DNA from: an uncultured delta proteobacterium
GTDB taxonomy: Bacteria > Desulfobacterota > Binatia > Binatales > Binataceae
NCBI GenBank assembly: GCA_963842085.1
Contig: CAWJET010000001.1
Coordinates: 2,624,001 to 2,688,000, forward strand
Direction: 5' to 3'
Length of the DNA stretch: 64,000 bases
Shown: positions 19,676-30,438 of the stretch, in pieces
Numbering within the stretch: position 1 is the stretch's first letter
Layout of the letters: each line of letters opens with the position of its first letter
The notes under the pieces: model-generated
Told to the model about the DNA's origin: nothing
Seen by the model: only the letters and a program-made list of their open reading frames with translations
Database searches by the model: none
Translations under genes and position numbers: made by a program

Positions 19676-20389
19676 CTATTTGAGCGCAGGCGGATGCGAC
19701 GTCTGGCAGCCGATCCAGACTTCACCGCCTTCGAAATGCTCCTTCTTCCAAATCGGTACGATTTCCTTCAGCCGATCGATTGCGAACCGGCACGCCTCGA
19801 ATGCCTCTGCGCGATGCGGCGCCGAGACCGCGATCGCCACCGAAGTCTCGCCAATCTCGACTAGGCCGACGCGATGCGCGATCGCGATGCGCGTGATTTT
19901 CCATCGCGCTCCCGCCTCGACTGCAAGCTTGCGCATCTCGGACAGCGCCATCGGCTCGTAGGCCTCATACTCGAGGCGAATCACGACGCGGCCCGCGTTG
20001 TCGCGCCGAGTCGTGCCGGTGAACGATACGATCGCACCGGCGGCAGGGTCGGCAACTTCGCGCTCGAGAGCGGCAACGTCGACAGGATTGCGGCCAATCG
20101 TGATCTTGCCGACGTAAGAAGGCATCTCAGCACCGCTGTCGGCACCGCCGCTGACGGGAGGGATGAAGGCGATCTCGTCGCCGCTCCGCGGCTTGAAGCT
20201 GCCCTCGACGTATTCCTGGTTGACGGCGAAACCCACCGAATCGTGATGTCCGCGAAGCTCGGGAAACTCGACGACCATCTGCCGCCAGATGTCGGCGACA
20301 GTGGTGCCGTCGGGAAACTCGCGGGTCAGTTCGGCCGCATGCGCGCGCTCGCGCAGCGTGGCGAACAGCTTGATCGTGAAGCGATTCAT
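19676..20389 (-). CDS. moaE: Fused molybdopterin synthase MoaD-MoaE
   Basis: MoaD part ending IPPVSGG, short linker, then MoaE (LEYEAY, HRVG, PIWKKE). Confidence 0.9.
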   Translation of the reverse strand: MNRFTIKLFATLRERAHAAELTREFPDGTTVADIWRQMVVEFPELRGHHDSVGFAVNQEYVEGSFKPRSGDEIAFIPPVSGGADSGAEMPSYVGKITIGRNPVDVAALEREVADPAAGAIVSFTGTTRRDNAGRVVIRLEYEAYEPMALSEMRKLAVEAGARWKITRIAIAHRVGLVEIGETSVAIAVSAPHRAEAFEACRFAIDRLKEIVPIWKKEHFEGGEVWIGCQTSHPPALK

Positions 20390-20883
20390 TTGCTCAGCAG
20401 ATAAGTGATGTGCCCGAGCTGCGGGATTAGCAGCTTCTCCATCGCGAGCCGGCACGCGTCGGGCGAGCCGGGAAGCGCGGCGACGAACTTGCCATGGCGC
20501 ACACCGGCGACCGCGCGGCTCATCATCGCGGCCGCGCCGATTTCCTGATACGAAAGCATCCGGAACAATTCGCCGAAGCCTTCGAGCTCCTTATCGATTA
20601 CCGATTTCACAACTTCGGTGGTTTCGTCGCGCGCGGTGATGCCGGTGCCGCCGTTGACGATGATGGCGTCGAGATTCTCCAGATTATTGACGAGCGCGGC
20701 GGAAATCTTCTCGCGGTCGTCGGGCAGGATCTCGTAGTAGTCGACGCGGTGGCCGGCGGCCTCGAGCATGGTGCGGATGAGCTTGCCGCTCTCGTCGGTC
20801 TCCGGGGTGCGCGAATCGCTGGCGGTGATTACGCCGACTTTGAGGCTGGTGCGCGCGTGTTTTTCGTGCTCGTGGACCGACAT
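20386..20883 (-). CDS. moaB: Molybdopterin adenylyltransferase, MoaB/MogA family
   Basis: DESG, GGTGITARD, GFGELFR, AMMSRA, LPGS. Confidence 0.9.
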   Translation of the reverse strand: MSVHEHEKHARTSLKVGVITASDSRTPETDESGKLIRTMLEAAGHRVDYYEILPDDREKISAALVNNLENLDAIIVNGGTGITARDETTEVVKSVIDKELEGFGELFRMLSYQEIGAAAMMSRAVAGVRHGKFVAALPGSPDACRLAMEKLLIPQLGHITYLLSK

Positions 20884-20995
20884 GCAGATTAGAATTACAC
20901 AATCCAGGGTGGCATTATAAGCAGTCCACGTACGCGATGCCGGCGGCGGAAAATAAACCGCCCGCGCCGCGAGTTGCAAGTCCCGGAACCTCGAG

Positions 20996-21706
20996 ATGAC
21001 CACCGCATCCAGCCGAGCCGCCAGGTTTTTTCGGCCAAAAATTCTGCTCTTCGCGCTGGCCGCAATCGCGATCCTCTACGGTGCGCATCGCGTCGGCGCC
21101 GGGCCGTGGCTGGCCAACGCGCTCGACTGGATTCGCGGGCTGGGCGCGCTGGCGCCGGTCGTGTTCATCGCGATTTACATCGTGGCGTGCGTAGCGTTTG
21201 TTCCCGGCTCGATTCTGACGATAGGCGCGGGGGTGATTTTCGGAGTCGTGCGCGGCTCGATCTACGTTTCGATCGGCGCGACGCTCGGCGCCACCGCGGC
21301 ATTTGTCGTGGGCCGCTACCTTGCGCGCGATTGGGTGAGCGAAAGGCTCCAGGGCAACGCGAAGTTCAGGGCGCTCGACGAAGCGGTCGGCAGAGAAGGC
21401 TGGAAGATGGTTTTCCTCACGCGGCTGTCCCCGGTGATTCCATTCAGCCTGCTCAACTACGGGTTCGGGCTGACGCGCGTGACTCTGCGCGACTATTTTT
21501 TCGCGTCGTGGATCGGGATGATTCCGGCCACGATTCTCTACGTGTATATCGGCTCGCTCAGCGGCGACCTCGCGCGCGCAGCCGGGGGCGGCGCCCGGCG
21601 GACGCCCCTTGAATGGGCGCTTACCGCGGTTGGATTCGTCGCGACGGTCGCGGTGGTCGTGTACGCAACCCGAATCGGCGCGCGGGCGCTGCGCCAAGAG
21701 ACCTAG
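20996..21706 (+). CDS. TVP38/TMEM64 (VTT/DedA) membrane protein
   Basis: PGSILTIGAG, GATLGA, RLSPVIPFSLLNY, GMIPAT. Confidence 0.9.
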   Translation: MTTASSRAARFFRPKILLFALAAIAILYGAHRVGAGPWLANALDWIRGLGALAPVVFIAIYIVACVAFVPGSILTIGAGVIFGVVRGSIYVSIGATLGATAAFVVGRYLARDWVSERLQGNAKFRALDEAVGREGWKMVFLTRLSPVIPFSLLNYGFGLTRVTLRDYFFASWIGMIPATILYVYIGSLSGDLARAAGGGARRTPLEWALTAVGFVATVAVVVYATRIGARALRQET

Positions 21707-21720
21707 CCGGGCGACACGTC

Positions 21721-23244
21721 ATGGGATCGCACGCGCTGAAGCATGAGCCGCTCGACGCTTACAACCTCGCGCTCACGGAGAATCTGCATCCCGCCGGATG
21801 GATCAACCCCGAGCCTGCCGACCGCTACAACCTGGTGGTGATCGGCGCCGGCACCGCGGGCCTCGTGACGGCGGCGGGCGCGGCGATTCTTGGTGCGAAG
21901 GTCGCGCTGGTCGAGCGCGACCTGATGGGCGGCGATTGTCTGAACTTCGGATGCGTGCCTTCGAAGGCGCTCATCCGCTCGGCGCGCGCCGCCGCTGCGG
22001 TCCGCGACGCGGGCCACTTCGGCGTTGAGGTGCCGCCGGGTGCGCGCCTGAATTTTCCGGCCGTGATGGAACGGATGCGCAAGCTGCGCGCCGGGCTCAG
22101 CCCGACCGACTCCGCCAATCGATTTCGCGGCCTTGGCGTCGACGTCTTCATCGGAGACGGACGCTTCGTTGCGCCCGACTGCGTCGAGGTCGACGGCAGG
22201 CGACTGAAATTCAAGAAGGCCGCGATCGCTACCGGGGCGCGCGCCGCGGCGCTGCCGATCCCAGGTCTTGCCGAGGCCGGCTATCTGACCAACGAGACGG
22301 TTTTTTCGCTGACCGAAATGCCGCGGCGAATCGCGGTAATTGGCGCCGGACCGATCGGATGCGAACTAGCGCAGACTTTCGCGCGATTCGGCGCGCAGGT
22401 CACGCTGCTCGAAGTCGCACCGCAAATCCTGATACGCGAGGATCGCGACGCCGCTGAGCGAGTCGAGCGCGCAATCGTCGGCGACGGCGTGGAAATCATC
22501 ACCGGCTGCAAAATTTCCGGGGTCGAGTTGCGCGGCAATGAAAAAATGATCACCACCGAGCGCGACGGCGTCCGCCGCGAAATTGCCGCCGACGAAATAT
22601 TGATCGGCGTCGGCCGCGTCCCTGCGGTCGAGGGGCTGAACCTCGAAGCCGCGATGATCGAATACGACAGGCAAAACGGCGTGAAGGTCGACGACCACCT
22701 GCGCACGACGAATCCGCTGGTGTACGCCGGCGGCGACGTCGCGTCGCCATACAAGTTTACTCACCTGGCCGACGCCCACGCGCGCATCATCATCCGCAAC
22801 GCGCTGTTCTTCGGGCGCCAGCGCGCGAGCCAACTGACTATTCCATGGTGTACCTACACCGATCCGGAAATCGCGCACGTCGGACTCTACCAAGCCGAGG
22901 CGAAGGAGCGCGGAATCTCAGTCGCGACCTATACGCAGGAACTGGCCGAGGTCGATCGTGCCGTGCTGGACGGCGAGACCGACGGCTTTGTGAAGGTGCA
23001 CGTCCGCGAGGGGAGCGATCGGATCGTCGGCGCGACCGTGGTCGCGAGCCACGCCGGCGAGATCATCTCGGAACTCACGACCGCGATCAAAGCTGGAGTG
23101 GGACTGGGCAGCCTCGGCGACGTGATCCATCCATACCCGACGCAGGCCGACGCGATTCGCCGCGCCGCCGGCCTCTACGCGCGCACGCGGCTCACGCCGT
23201 TCGTCGCGGGTCTGATGAAGCGATGGTTCGCGTTCACGCGATGA
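21721..23244 (+). CDS. MerA-like pyridine nucleotide-disulfide oxidoreductase
   Basis: GAGTAG, GGDCLNFGCVPSK, IHPYPT; no C-terminal Cys-Cys pair. Confidence 0.88.
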   Translation: MGSHALKHEPLDAYNLALTENLHPAGWINPEPADRYNLVVIGAGTAGLVTAAGAAILGAKVALVERDLMGGDCLNFGCVPSKALIRSARAAAAVRDAGHFGVEVPPGARLNFPAVMERMRKLRAGLSPTDSANRFRGLGVDVFIGDGRFVAPDCVEVDGRRLKFKKAAIATGARAAALPIPGLAEAGYLTNETVFSLTEMPRRIAVIGAGPIGCELAQTFARFGAQVTLLEVAPQILIREDRDAAERVERAIVGDGVEIITGCKISGVELRGNEKMITTERDGVRREIAADEILIGVGRVPAVEGLNLEAAMIEYDRQNGVKVDDHLRTTNPLVYAGGDVASPYKFTHLADAHARIIIRNALFFGRQRASQLTIPWCTYTDPEIAHVGLYQAEAKERGISVATYTQELAEVDRAVLDGETDGFVKVHVREGSDRIVGATVVASHAGEIISELTTAIKAGVGLGSLGDVIHPYPTQADAIRRAAGLYARTRLTPFVAGLMKRWFAFTR

Positions 23245-23262
23245 AGAAAATAACTCGCGGAG

Positions 23263-23487
23263 TCAACGCAGGCGCAGGTTGAATGCCTGTCGCCCTTTCT
23301 CACCCGACCGCACGTCGAACTGAACTTCGTTGCCTTCGCGGAGGTCGTCGAAATAAACCTTGGGCGACAGCGCCGAGCGATGAAAGAAGACTTCGTCGCC
23401 GCCGTCGTCCGCGATGATGAAGCCGAAGCCCTTGTCCTTGACTATCTTCTTGATTGTGCCAAACACGCGATCCTCCGCCGATGACAT
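23263..23487 (-). CDS. Cold-shock domain protein
   Basis: KGFGFI (RNP1), VFFH (RNP2). Confidence 0.9.
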   Translation of the reverse strand: MSSAEDRVFGTIKKIVKDKGFGFIIADDGGDEVFFHRSALSPKVYFDDLREGNEVQFDVRSGEKGRQAFNLRLR

Positions 23488-23558
23488 TGCCCGGCGTCTT
23501 GAGCTTACGACGCTGGCAATTTAAGTAAAGACGTACTCATCGAAAACACGAGGCGCGC

Positions 23559-23792
23559 ATGCTCAAGGCCGTGACGCTGAAGGAAATCGAGAGAATCTTC
23601 GCGGTGATCGAGCCGATGGGCATTTCGCGCGAGGCGGTCGTGATTCCGCTGCGCACCGAGCATCCGGGACGCGTCTCGATTTTGAAAAACGGCAAGCTGG
23701 AGATAGTCGTCGAGCGCGACGGCGATTTCGAGGATTGGATCACTCGACTCGAGGCGCAGATTCGCGAGCTGATGCATCCGGCGGCGGACTGA
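23559..23792 (+). CDS. Small hypothetical protein
   Basis: GAGG RBS and host-like codon usage; 3' end overlaps the convergent BCCP gene. Confidence 0.65.
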   Translation: MLKAVTLKEIERIFAVIEPMGISREAVVIPLRTEHPGRVSILKNGKLEIVVERDGDFEDWITRLEAQIRELMHPAAD

Positions 23793-24270
23793 GCTCGATC
23801 AGCACCGCGCCGTGATCGACAGTCTGACCCTCCTCGACGCGGACATGCTTCACCGTCGCGGCGCTCTCGGCGGCGAGCGTCGTTTCCATTTTCATCGCCT
23901 CGATCACGACCAGCGGCTGCCCGGCCTCGACCAGGTCGCCGTCGCGCACCATCACCAGCAGCACCTTGCCGGGCATCGGCGCGGTGATTTCCGGCGCCGC
24001 CAGCCCGCGTGCGCGGCGGCGCGCAGCCGCTTCGGCAGGCTTGAACTCGAACGACGCCGGCCCGACTGAAACGAGGATCGAATCCTTGCGCCGCGCGCCG
24101 AAAACCGGGTAACGCCGCCCGTCGATCGCGAGAACCCCGCCGCCGTCCGCATTCGGCGTAAACTCCGCGGCGATCTCCCGGTCTCCGATGCGGACGCGAA
24201 TCGTGCCGCCGTCGCGCGCGACCACTTCGGCGTCGTATTCGCGCGAGTCACCGGCGCGCGTGAGCTTCAT
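23740..24270 (-). CDS. Biotin carboxyl carrier protein (BT + biotinyl domain)
   Basis: APMPGKV, EAMKME biotinylation motif. Confidence 0.9.
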   Translation of the reverse strand: MKLTRAGDSREYDAEVVARDGGTIRVRIGDREIAAEFTPNADGGGVLAIDGRRYPVFGARRKDSILVSVGPASFEFKPAEAAARRRARGLAAPEITAPMPGKVLLVMVRDGDLVEAGQPLVVIEAMKMETTLAAESAATVKHVRVEEGQTVDHGAVLIELSPPPDASARESAPRVE

Positions 24271-25760
24271 CGCCGCCCTCTCCACAACTCGAAGTTGCTC
24301 AGGAGGTCCCACGGCGAACGCCGCTCGTTATTGTTTCGCGGCGATGCGTCATTTTCCATTTGCGGATCGCCCGCGGCGATGGCGGCCGCGACGATCGCCG
24401 CATCGATTTCCGCGGGATCGATCTTCCACTCGGGGAAAAATTCATCGATAAAGCGGGTCGAGAGCCGCGCGTTGCGAAACTGCTCGCTCGCCACGATGTC
24501 GCGCAGGTAGGCGGCGTTGTTCGTCACGCCGAGCAGAGCGAATTCGCCCAGCGCGTTGAACAGCCGGCCGCGCGCCTCCTCGCGATTTGCGCCGTAACAG
24601 ATGAGCTTGCCGAGCAGGCCGTCGTACCACGGCGTCACTTCGGCGCCGCGCGCCAGATGCGAGTCGAAACGCACGCCTGGACCGCCGGGAACGCTCAGAT
24701 GAAGCACGGTCCCGGTTGCCGGACGGAAGTCATGCTCGGGATCCTCGGCGTTGATTCGGCATTCGATTGCCGCGCCGCGCGGGGCCGCGGGCTCCGAGAC
24801 CTTGCCGCCCGCCGCGATCCGCAATTGCTCGCACACCAGGTCGCATCCGAACCGCATCTCGGTGACCGGATGCTCGACCTGCAGCCGCGCGTTGACTTCG
24901 AGAAAGTAGAAATTATCGCCCTCGAGAAGAAACTCCACGGTGCCGGCGTTGGTGTAATGCGCCGCGCGGACGAGCTTCAGCGCCGCATCGATCATTTTCG
25001 CGCGCATCGCGGCGGAAAGTCCCGGCGCCGGCGACTCCTCGATGATCTTCTGATGCCGGCGCTGCACCGAGCAATCACGCTCGCCGAGCGCGACTACGGC
25101 GCCATGTTCGTCGCCAAGAATTTGTATTTCGACGTGCCGCGGATGCGCGAGGTATTTTTCGATGAAGATACGCCCGTCGCCGAACGCCGCCGCCGCTTCA
25201 CGCGCAGCCGCATCCAGAGCGCTCTCCAGTTGCGCGGCTTCGGCGACCACGCGCATCCCGCGTCCGCCGCCGCCGGCGGCAGCCTTGACCAGAATCGGAT
25301 AGCCGGCGTGCGCGGCGAATTCGCGCGCCGCGGAAATTTCCGCGGCGTCGATTCCCGGCACGACCGGAACCCCTGCCGCAGCCGCGATTCGCCGCGCCGC
25401 GACCTTGTCGCCCAGCGCAGCCATCACGTCCGGCCGCGGCCCGACAAAAGTGATCTGGGCTTCGGCCGCAGACCGCGCGAACTCGGGCCGCTCGGAGAGA
25501 AATCCGTAACCCGGATGAATCGCGTCAGCACCGGATTGTTTTGCGGCCACGATTATCGCCGCGATGTCGAGGTAGCTCTTCGCAGCCTCGGCCGGGCCGA
25601 TCGCAATCGCCTGGTCAGCCGCGCCGACGTGCGCGCTGTTCGCGTCCGCGGCCGAATACACGGCGACAGTCTTGAGGCCGAACAGCCGCGCACTGCGGAT
25701 GATCCGAAGCGCGATCTCGCCGCGATTTGCGACGAGCAGTTTTGTGAGCTGGCGTGCCAT
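24267..25760 (-). CDS. Biotin carboxylase subunit of an acyl-CoA carboxylase
   Basis: ANRGEIA, IHPGYGFLSE, GGGGRGMR, RDCSVQRRHQK, RLQVEHPVTE. Confidence 0.95.
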   Translation of the reverse strand: MARQLTKLLVANRGEIALRIIRSARLFGLKTVAVYSAADANSAHVGAADQAIAIGPAEAAKSYLDIAAIIVAAKQSGADAIHPGYGFLSERPEFARSAAEAQITFVGPRPDVMAALGDKVAARRIAAAAGVPVVPGIDAAEISAAREFAAHAGYPILVKAAAGGGGRGMRVVAEAAQLESALDAAAREAAAAFGDGRIFIEKYLAHPRHVEIQILGDEHGAVVALGERDCSVQRRHQKIIEESPAPGLSAAMRAKMIDAALKLVRAAHYTNAGTVEFLLEGDNFYFLEVNARLQVEHPVTEMRFGCDLVCEQLRIAAGGKVSEPAAPRGAAIECRINAEDPEHDFRPATGTVLHLSVPGGPGVRFDSHLARGAEVTPWYDGLLGKLICYGANREEARGRLFNALGEFALLGVTNNAAYLRDIVASEQFRNARLSTRFIDEFFPEWKIDPAEIDAAIVAAAIAAGDPQMENDASPRNNNERRSPWDLLSNFELWRGRR

Positions 25761-25818
25761 CGATTCGTCGAAACTAGCACATCAATTGCAACCGGCGCGC
25801 CCGTCGTATAATTCCCGG

Positions 25819-26292
25819 ATGGACGCGCCCGCGCATCGCAATCGCATGAACCGCTACTTCGAGGATTTCACCGCCGGCCAGACTTTCAAGCACTGGCCCG
25901 GCCGCACGATCACCGAGTTCGACAACACCTGGTTCACGCTCATGACGATGAACACCAACCCGCTGCACTTCGACGCCGCCTACGCTGCCACCACCCAGCA
26001 CGGGCGGCCGCTCGTCAACGGACTGCTGGTAATGGCGAGGGTGGTCGGCATGAGCGTGAAGGACGTGAGCGAGAATGCGATCGCCAATCTCGAATACGAA
26101 TCGGTGCGTCACAACGGGCCGACGTTCGCGGGAGATACACTGTACGCCGAGACGACGGTGCTTGAGACGACCGCGTCGAAGTCGAGAAGCGATCGCGGCG
26201 TCCTCTATCTCGAAACGCGCGGCCTTAATCAACGCGGCGAACAGATAATGATCCTGCGCCGCAAAGTCCTGGTCCCGCGCCGGCCCGTCTGA
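25819..26292 (+). CDS. MaoC-family dehydratase
   Basis: YFEDFTAGQTFKHWPGRTITE, NTNPLHFD, GDTLYAET. Confidence 0.88.
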   Translation: MDAPAHRNRMNRYFEDFTAGQTFKHWPGRTITEFDNTWFTLMTMNTNPLHFDAAYAATTQHGRPLVNGLLVMARVVGMSVKDVSENAIANLEYESVRHNGPTFAGDTLYAETTVLETTASKSRSDRGVLYLETRGLNQRGEQIMILRRKVLVPRRPV

Positions 26293-26303
26293 GCCGCGTC
26301 CTT

Positions 26304-29085
26304 ATGGATCAACTCTACTTCGTCGTTCACACGCATTGGGATCGCGAATGGTATCAGCCGTTTCAGCAGATGCGCGCGCGCCTGGTCGCGATGGCCGATC
26401 GCATGATCCCGCTGGTCGAGCGCGGCGCGATTCCCTCGTTTTATTTCGACGGCCAGACGATCGTGCTCGACGACTATCTCGAGATGCGCCCGCGCGCCGA
26501 GCCGCGGCTGCGCAATCTGATTCGCGCGGGCAAAATCCAGGTCGGGCCGTGGTACGTGCTCGCCGACAGTTTCCTGGTGAGCGGCGAGTCGCTGATTCGC
26601 AATCTCGAAATCGGCATGGCGATCGCGCGACGCTTCGGCCGGCCGCTCGACGTCGGCTACATCCCCGATCAGTTCGGACACATCGCGCAGATGCCGCAGA
26701 TTCTCGCCGGCTTCGGCTTCACGACCGCGGTGCTGTGGCGCGGGGTCGGCGGCGACGTGAATCGCAATCGCTTCGTCTGGGAGGCGCTCGACGGCAGGTC
26801 CGTGCTGACGGTCTATCTGCCCAACGGATATTCGAACGGCGCCAATCTGCCGCTCGAATCGGTTGACAGCTTCGTCGCGCGTGCCGAACAAATCGTGCGC
26901 CGCGAGCGCGAGTTCGCCGGCGGTGCGCCCATCCTCGTGATGAATGAACCGACCACGCCGAGCCCGACGCGCGGCTCACCGCGCGGATCAACGAGGCGCG
27001 CGAGATTTCCGCGATGAGCTTTGAGATCGGCTCGCTCGAAACCTACGTGCGCCGCCTCGCCGAACTTCCGCTCGACGGCACGCCGCGGCATCGCGGCGAA
27101 CTGCGTTCGCCCTTGCGCGCGCATCTATTGCCCGGGGTTACCTCCGCGCGCACGTGGATCAAGCAGCGCGACTTCGAGAATTGCCGCGCGCTCGAGCGCT
27201 ATGCCGACCCGCTCGCGGCGCTTGCCAACGCGCTCGGGCGCGGCGCCGGGCTCGACGCGTTCCTCGAGATGGCCTGGCGAACCGAAATTCAGAACCATCC
27301 TCACGATTCGATTTGCGGATGCTCGGTCGACCAGGTGCATGTCGACATGCGCTATCGATTCGATCAGGCTGCGATGCTCGCCGAGACCGCGGTGCGCCGC
27401 GCCGCCGCCTCATGCCTCAACACCCGCGATGTCGACGCCTCCGAAATCGCCGTCTTCAACCCGTCGTTCGCCCAAGGAGCACTCGTGCGCGGCGAGGCCG
27501 AAGTCGCCGACCCGGGCGCGCACTACGCCGTCGAAACCGCTGATGGCCGCCGCATCCCGGTCGCGCTCGACGTCGCCCGCCAGCAGCGCGTGCTCGATTC
27601 CGACGTGCCGGCGGCGGAATTCAAATCGATCGTCGGCGGGTTGAGCCAACCGGCCGTGTTTGGGCGCACCGTCAATCGCTTCGAGATAACGACCGCGCCC
27701 CACGGCGGCCCGCAGGTGAACCTTTTCATGAGCCGGGCCCCGTTCAGCGGCCTCGATCTCGAGGAATTCCGGCACGCGATTCGCGCATCCCCGATTCGGG
27801 CTCGGTACGCATACATGCGACCAGCGCCGCCCGCTGCACGATCAGTTTCGTCGCCGACGATCTCGCGCAAACGGGATTCAGTTTCTATCGGTTGGTCCGC
27901 GACGACGCCGGCGTCTTCCCGGCGAATCCCGCCGAGGCGGTCGCGTCGATCGAGAACGAATTTTTCCGCCTGACTCCGACGCCGCGCGGCCTGGAGATTC
28001 GCGACCTCGCGCGCAACGCTGCGATGGAACTGTATTTCGAAGACGACGGCGATCGCGGCGACGAGTACAACTACGATCCCGTCGGCGACGGCGCGTCGAT
28101 CGCCAATCCCACCTCGCTCTCCGCGAGCGTTATCGACCACGGTCCGCTGCGACGGCGTATCAAGCTCTCGATGACGTTCGATATACCGGCTGCGCTCGCT
28201 GCCGACCGAAGCGCGCGCTCGCCGCAATTCGAGCAACTCGACGTGGCTCTGACCGCGACGCTCTACGCGGGTCTCGACCACGTCGATTTCATCGCCGACG
28301 TGAACAATCGCGCGCGCGACCATCGCATCCGCGCCGCCCTGCGCACACCGATCCTCGCCAGCGACGCGGTTCACGACACGAGTTTCGGCGTGCTCCGACG
28401 CCGGCTCGCGCCGTCGGAACCGCGCGGCACCGAGGACCTCTATCCCACCGTGCCTCATCGCACCTTCACCGCCGTCGAGGGGGCGGACTTCTCGGCCGCG
28501 CTTGCGAGCCGGGGCATCCTCGAGGTCGAGGCGCGGCCGGAACCCGGGGGTGGCACGACGATTCTGCTGACTCTGCTCCGATGCGTCGGATGGCTGTCGC
28601 GTTCCGACCTCGCGACGCGCCGCGGCGGGGCCGGCCCCGAGCTGGAAACACCCGGCGCCCAGGAACCGGGCGAGCATCGCTTCGAATTTGCGGTCGCGAC
28701 GTTCCGCGGTAGCTATCTCGACAGCGGCCTGCTGCAACGCGTCGAGGCGTACACCTCGCCGCCGCGCGTCTTTTCCGGCCGGCGCGACGATCGCGAGACC
28801 GCCGCCTCGTTGCTGGGCTGCAACAATCCCCGCGCAATTTTTTCCACGGCGCGTCCTCTAGCCCGCGCGAACTTTTACCAAGTGCGCGCATACAGCGCAT
28901 CGCCGAATCCCGAGGCCGTCCGTTTCACGTTCGCAGCCGGCGCGCGCGCGCGCCTGGTCGATCTCGCGGGGCGTCCCGTCAAACGCACCGGCCTCAAGCG
29001 CTCGCGCGACGGTGCGATCGCGCTGGAACTCAAGCCGTTCGAGCTGGTCACGTTCGAAGTGCGCCGGGGGCGTCGGGTGACATGA
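26304..29085 (+). pseudogene. GH38 alpha-mannosidase (MngB-like) split by two -1 frameshifts
   Basis: HTHWDREW, DGQT, GPWY, GESLIRNL, PDQFGH, HPHDSICGCS, DRGDEYN spread over three consecutive frames; single-base losses near 26946 and 27790. Confidence 0.85.
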
Positions 29086-29090
29086 AGATT

Positions 29091-29193
29091 TTTTTGAGTT
29101 GAGCGTCAAAAAGGATTGATCGACGCCGCAATTTCACTATCTTGTTTAATCCAAGTTTGGCTTCGGGCGCGCTTTTGCGAAGCCGAAGACTTG
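29091..29193 (+). promoter_or_regulatory. Operator-like inverted repeat, sigma70-like promoter and 5' hairpin
   Basis: TTTTTGA-N8-TCAAAAA (29091-29112); TTGATC-N16-TATCTT; hairpin 29152-29193. Confidence 0.45.
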
Positions 29194-29263
29194 AAACGAA
29201 AAAAGTCGCGATGCGTATCAAATGGCGGTGAGAGCAACTGACTCGAGGAGCGCTGGCGCAAGC

Positions 29264-29479
29264 ATGAGCGACAAAATCACGGTTCGCACCGTTTACGACT
29301 TCCCGGTTGCCGCGCATCTGTGCGACGACGGCACCGTGCGCTACATCAAACTGGTGCGTCGCAGCGGCCAACAGCCCGAAGGCACCTGCCAGCAGTGCAA
29401 GACCTCGTTTCAGTATCGCAAGCCCAAAGCCGCGAAAAACGCGCGCCATCCCGAGGGCGAGGGCATCGTCCACTTCTAG
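29264..29479 (+). CDS. Small putative Zn-binding protein (HxC...CxxC)
   Basis: MSDKITVRTVYDFPVAAHLCDDG...GTCQQCK; host-like codons. Confidence 0.65.
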   Translation: MSDKITVRTVYDFPVAAHLCDDGTVRYIKLVRRSGQQPEGTCQQCKTSFQYRKPKAAKNARHPEGEGIVHF

Positions 29480-29538
29480 CGATCGCATCCTCTCATCCGG
29501 TCCTCCTTTCGAGCGCGCGTTTTCCGAAATCAGTTCCG

Positions 29539-30345
29539 CTATTTTGCTCGACGATTGCCGTCCGCCGCATCGCGCCGCGTCTTCACCAGCATGATCAGCG
29601 GGCCCTTGTAGTAGCGCGCCGCCTCGTCGCCGACGAACGCCATTGCGTCATTCGGATCGAACCATGCGTGAAGCTTGGGCACGAAGGCGGCCACAATCAC
29701 GTTCAACCATCCAAAATCCGGGCGGATTTCGACGCGCAGCGCCTCGGCGCCATAGGCCGTCCACACCGCATTTCCGGGATCGACTTGCACGCTGATCGCA
29801 AATATCTTCGGGCTTGGCGCGCAGTTGAAGACGTGCAGCGGACGGCGCGCCTCCCTGGCGCCGGCGCGCAGAAAATCCTGGATCGGAATCACCACGCTCG
29901 CGCCCGCCCACGTGTCGTCCGGGATGCTGAGTACGGCGGACTCTACGCTCTTTTGTCCGCCGGAGTTGTCGATACAAGTCGCGGCGCCGGTTTTCAGATC
30001 GACGTGCGCGCGCTCAAGGATCGAGCCGTCGGCGTTGTAGAACGTGTGATCGAATTCGACCAGCCGCGGCGGCTCGCCGCCGGCCCCCAATTGCAGATGC
30101 GCGGTCTCGACGTCGGACTGATCGTCATAGTAGTTGTTCTGGCCGTGCAGCGTCGCGCCGTCGCGAGTGCTGTCTATACGGTAGCGGCTGCGCCCGATCG
30201 CGATACCGGTAGCGGGGTTCAGAATCGTAAAATCGGTCGGCGGAAAGCTGAGCGCATTCGCTGAAAACGCCGGCGCCGCGCACGCGATCGTCAGGACTAG
30301 CGTTAATGCCCCGGCGATCCATCGTCGTTCCCGTCTCCCGATCAT
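29539..30345 (-). CDS. Secreted hypothetical protein
   Basis: N-terminal signal peptide; long ORF with host-like codons. Confidence 0.65.
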   Translation of the reverse strand: MIGRRERRWIAGALTLVLTIACAAPAFSANALSFPPTDFTILNPATGIAIGRSRYRIDSTRDGATLHGQNNYYDDQSDVETAHLQLGAGGEPPRLVEFDHTFYNADGSILERAHVDLKTGAATCIDNSGGQKSVESAVLSIPDDTWAGASVVIPIQDFLRAGAREARRPLHVFNCAPSPKIFAISVQVDPGNAVWTAYGAEALRVEIRPDFGWLNVIVAAFVPKLHAWFDPNDAMAFVGDEAARYYKGPLIMLVKTRRDAADGNRRAK

Positions 30346-30438
30346 GCCCTTGCCAATGCGCCGCTCGTCTGGAACCTTGGTCGCGTCTCACGACGCTCCT
30401 TTTACAATTGTCATTGCGGCGATGGAGCAACACAACAG

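Noticed and set aside
21721-23244. True mercuric reductase / mer operon
   Set aside because: Lacks the C-terminal Cys pair and NmerA domain; no merR/T/P nearby.
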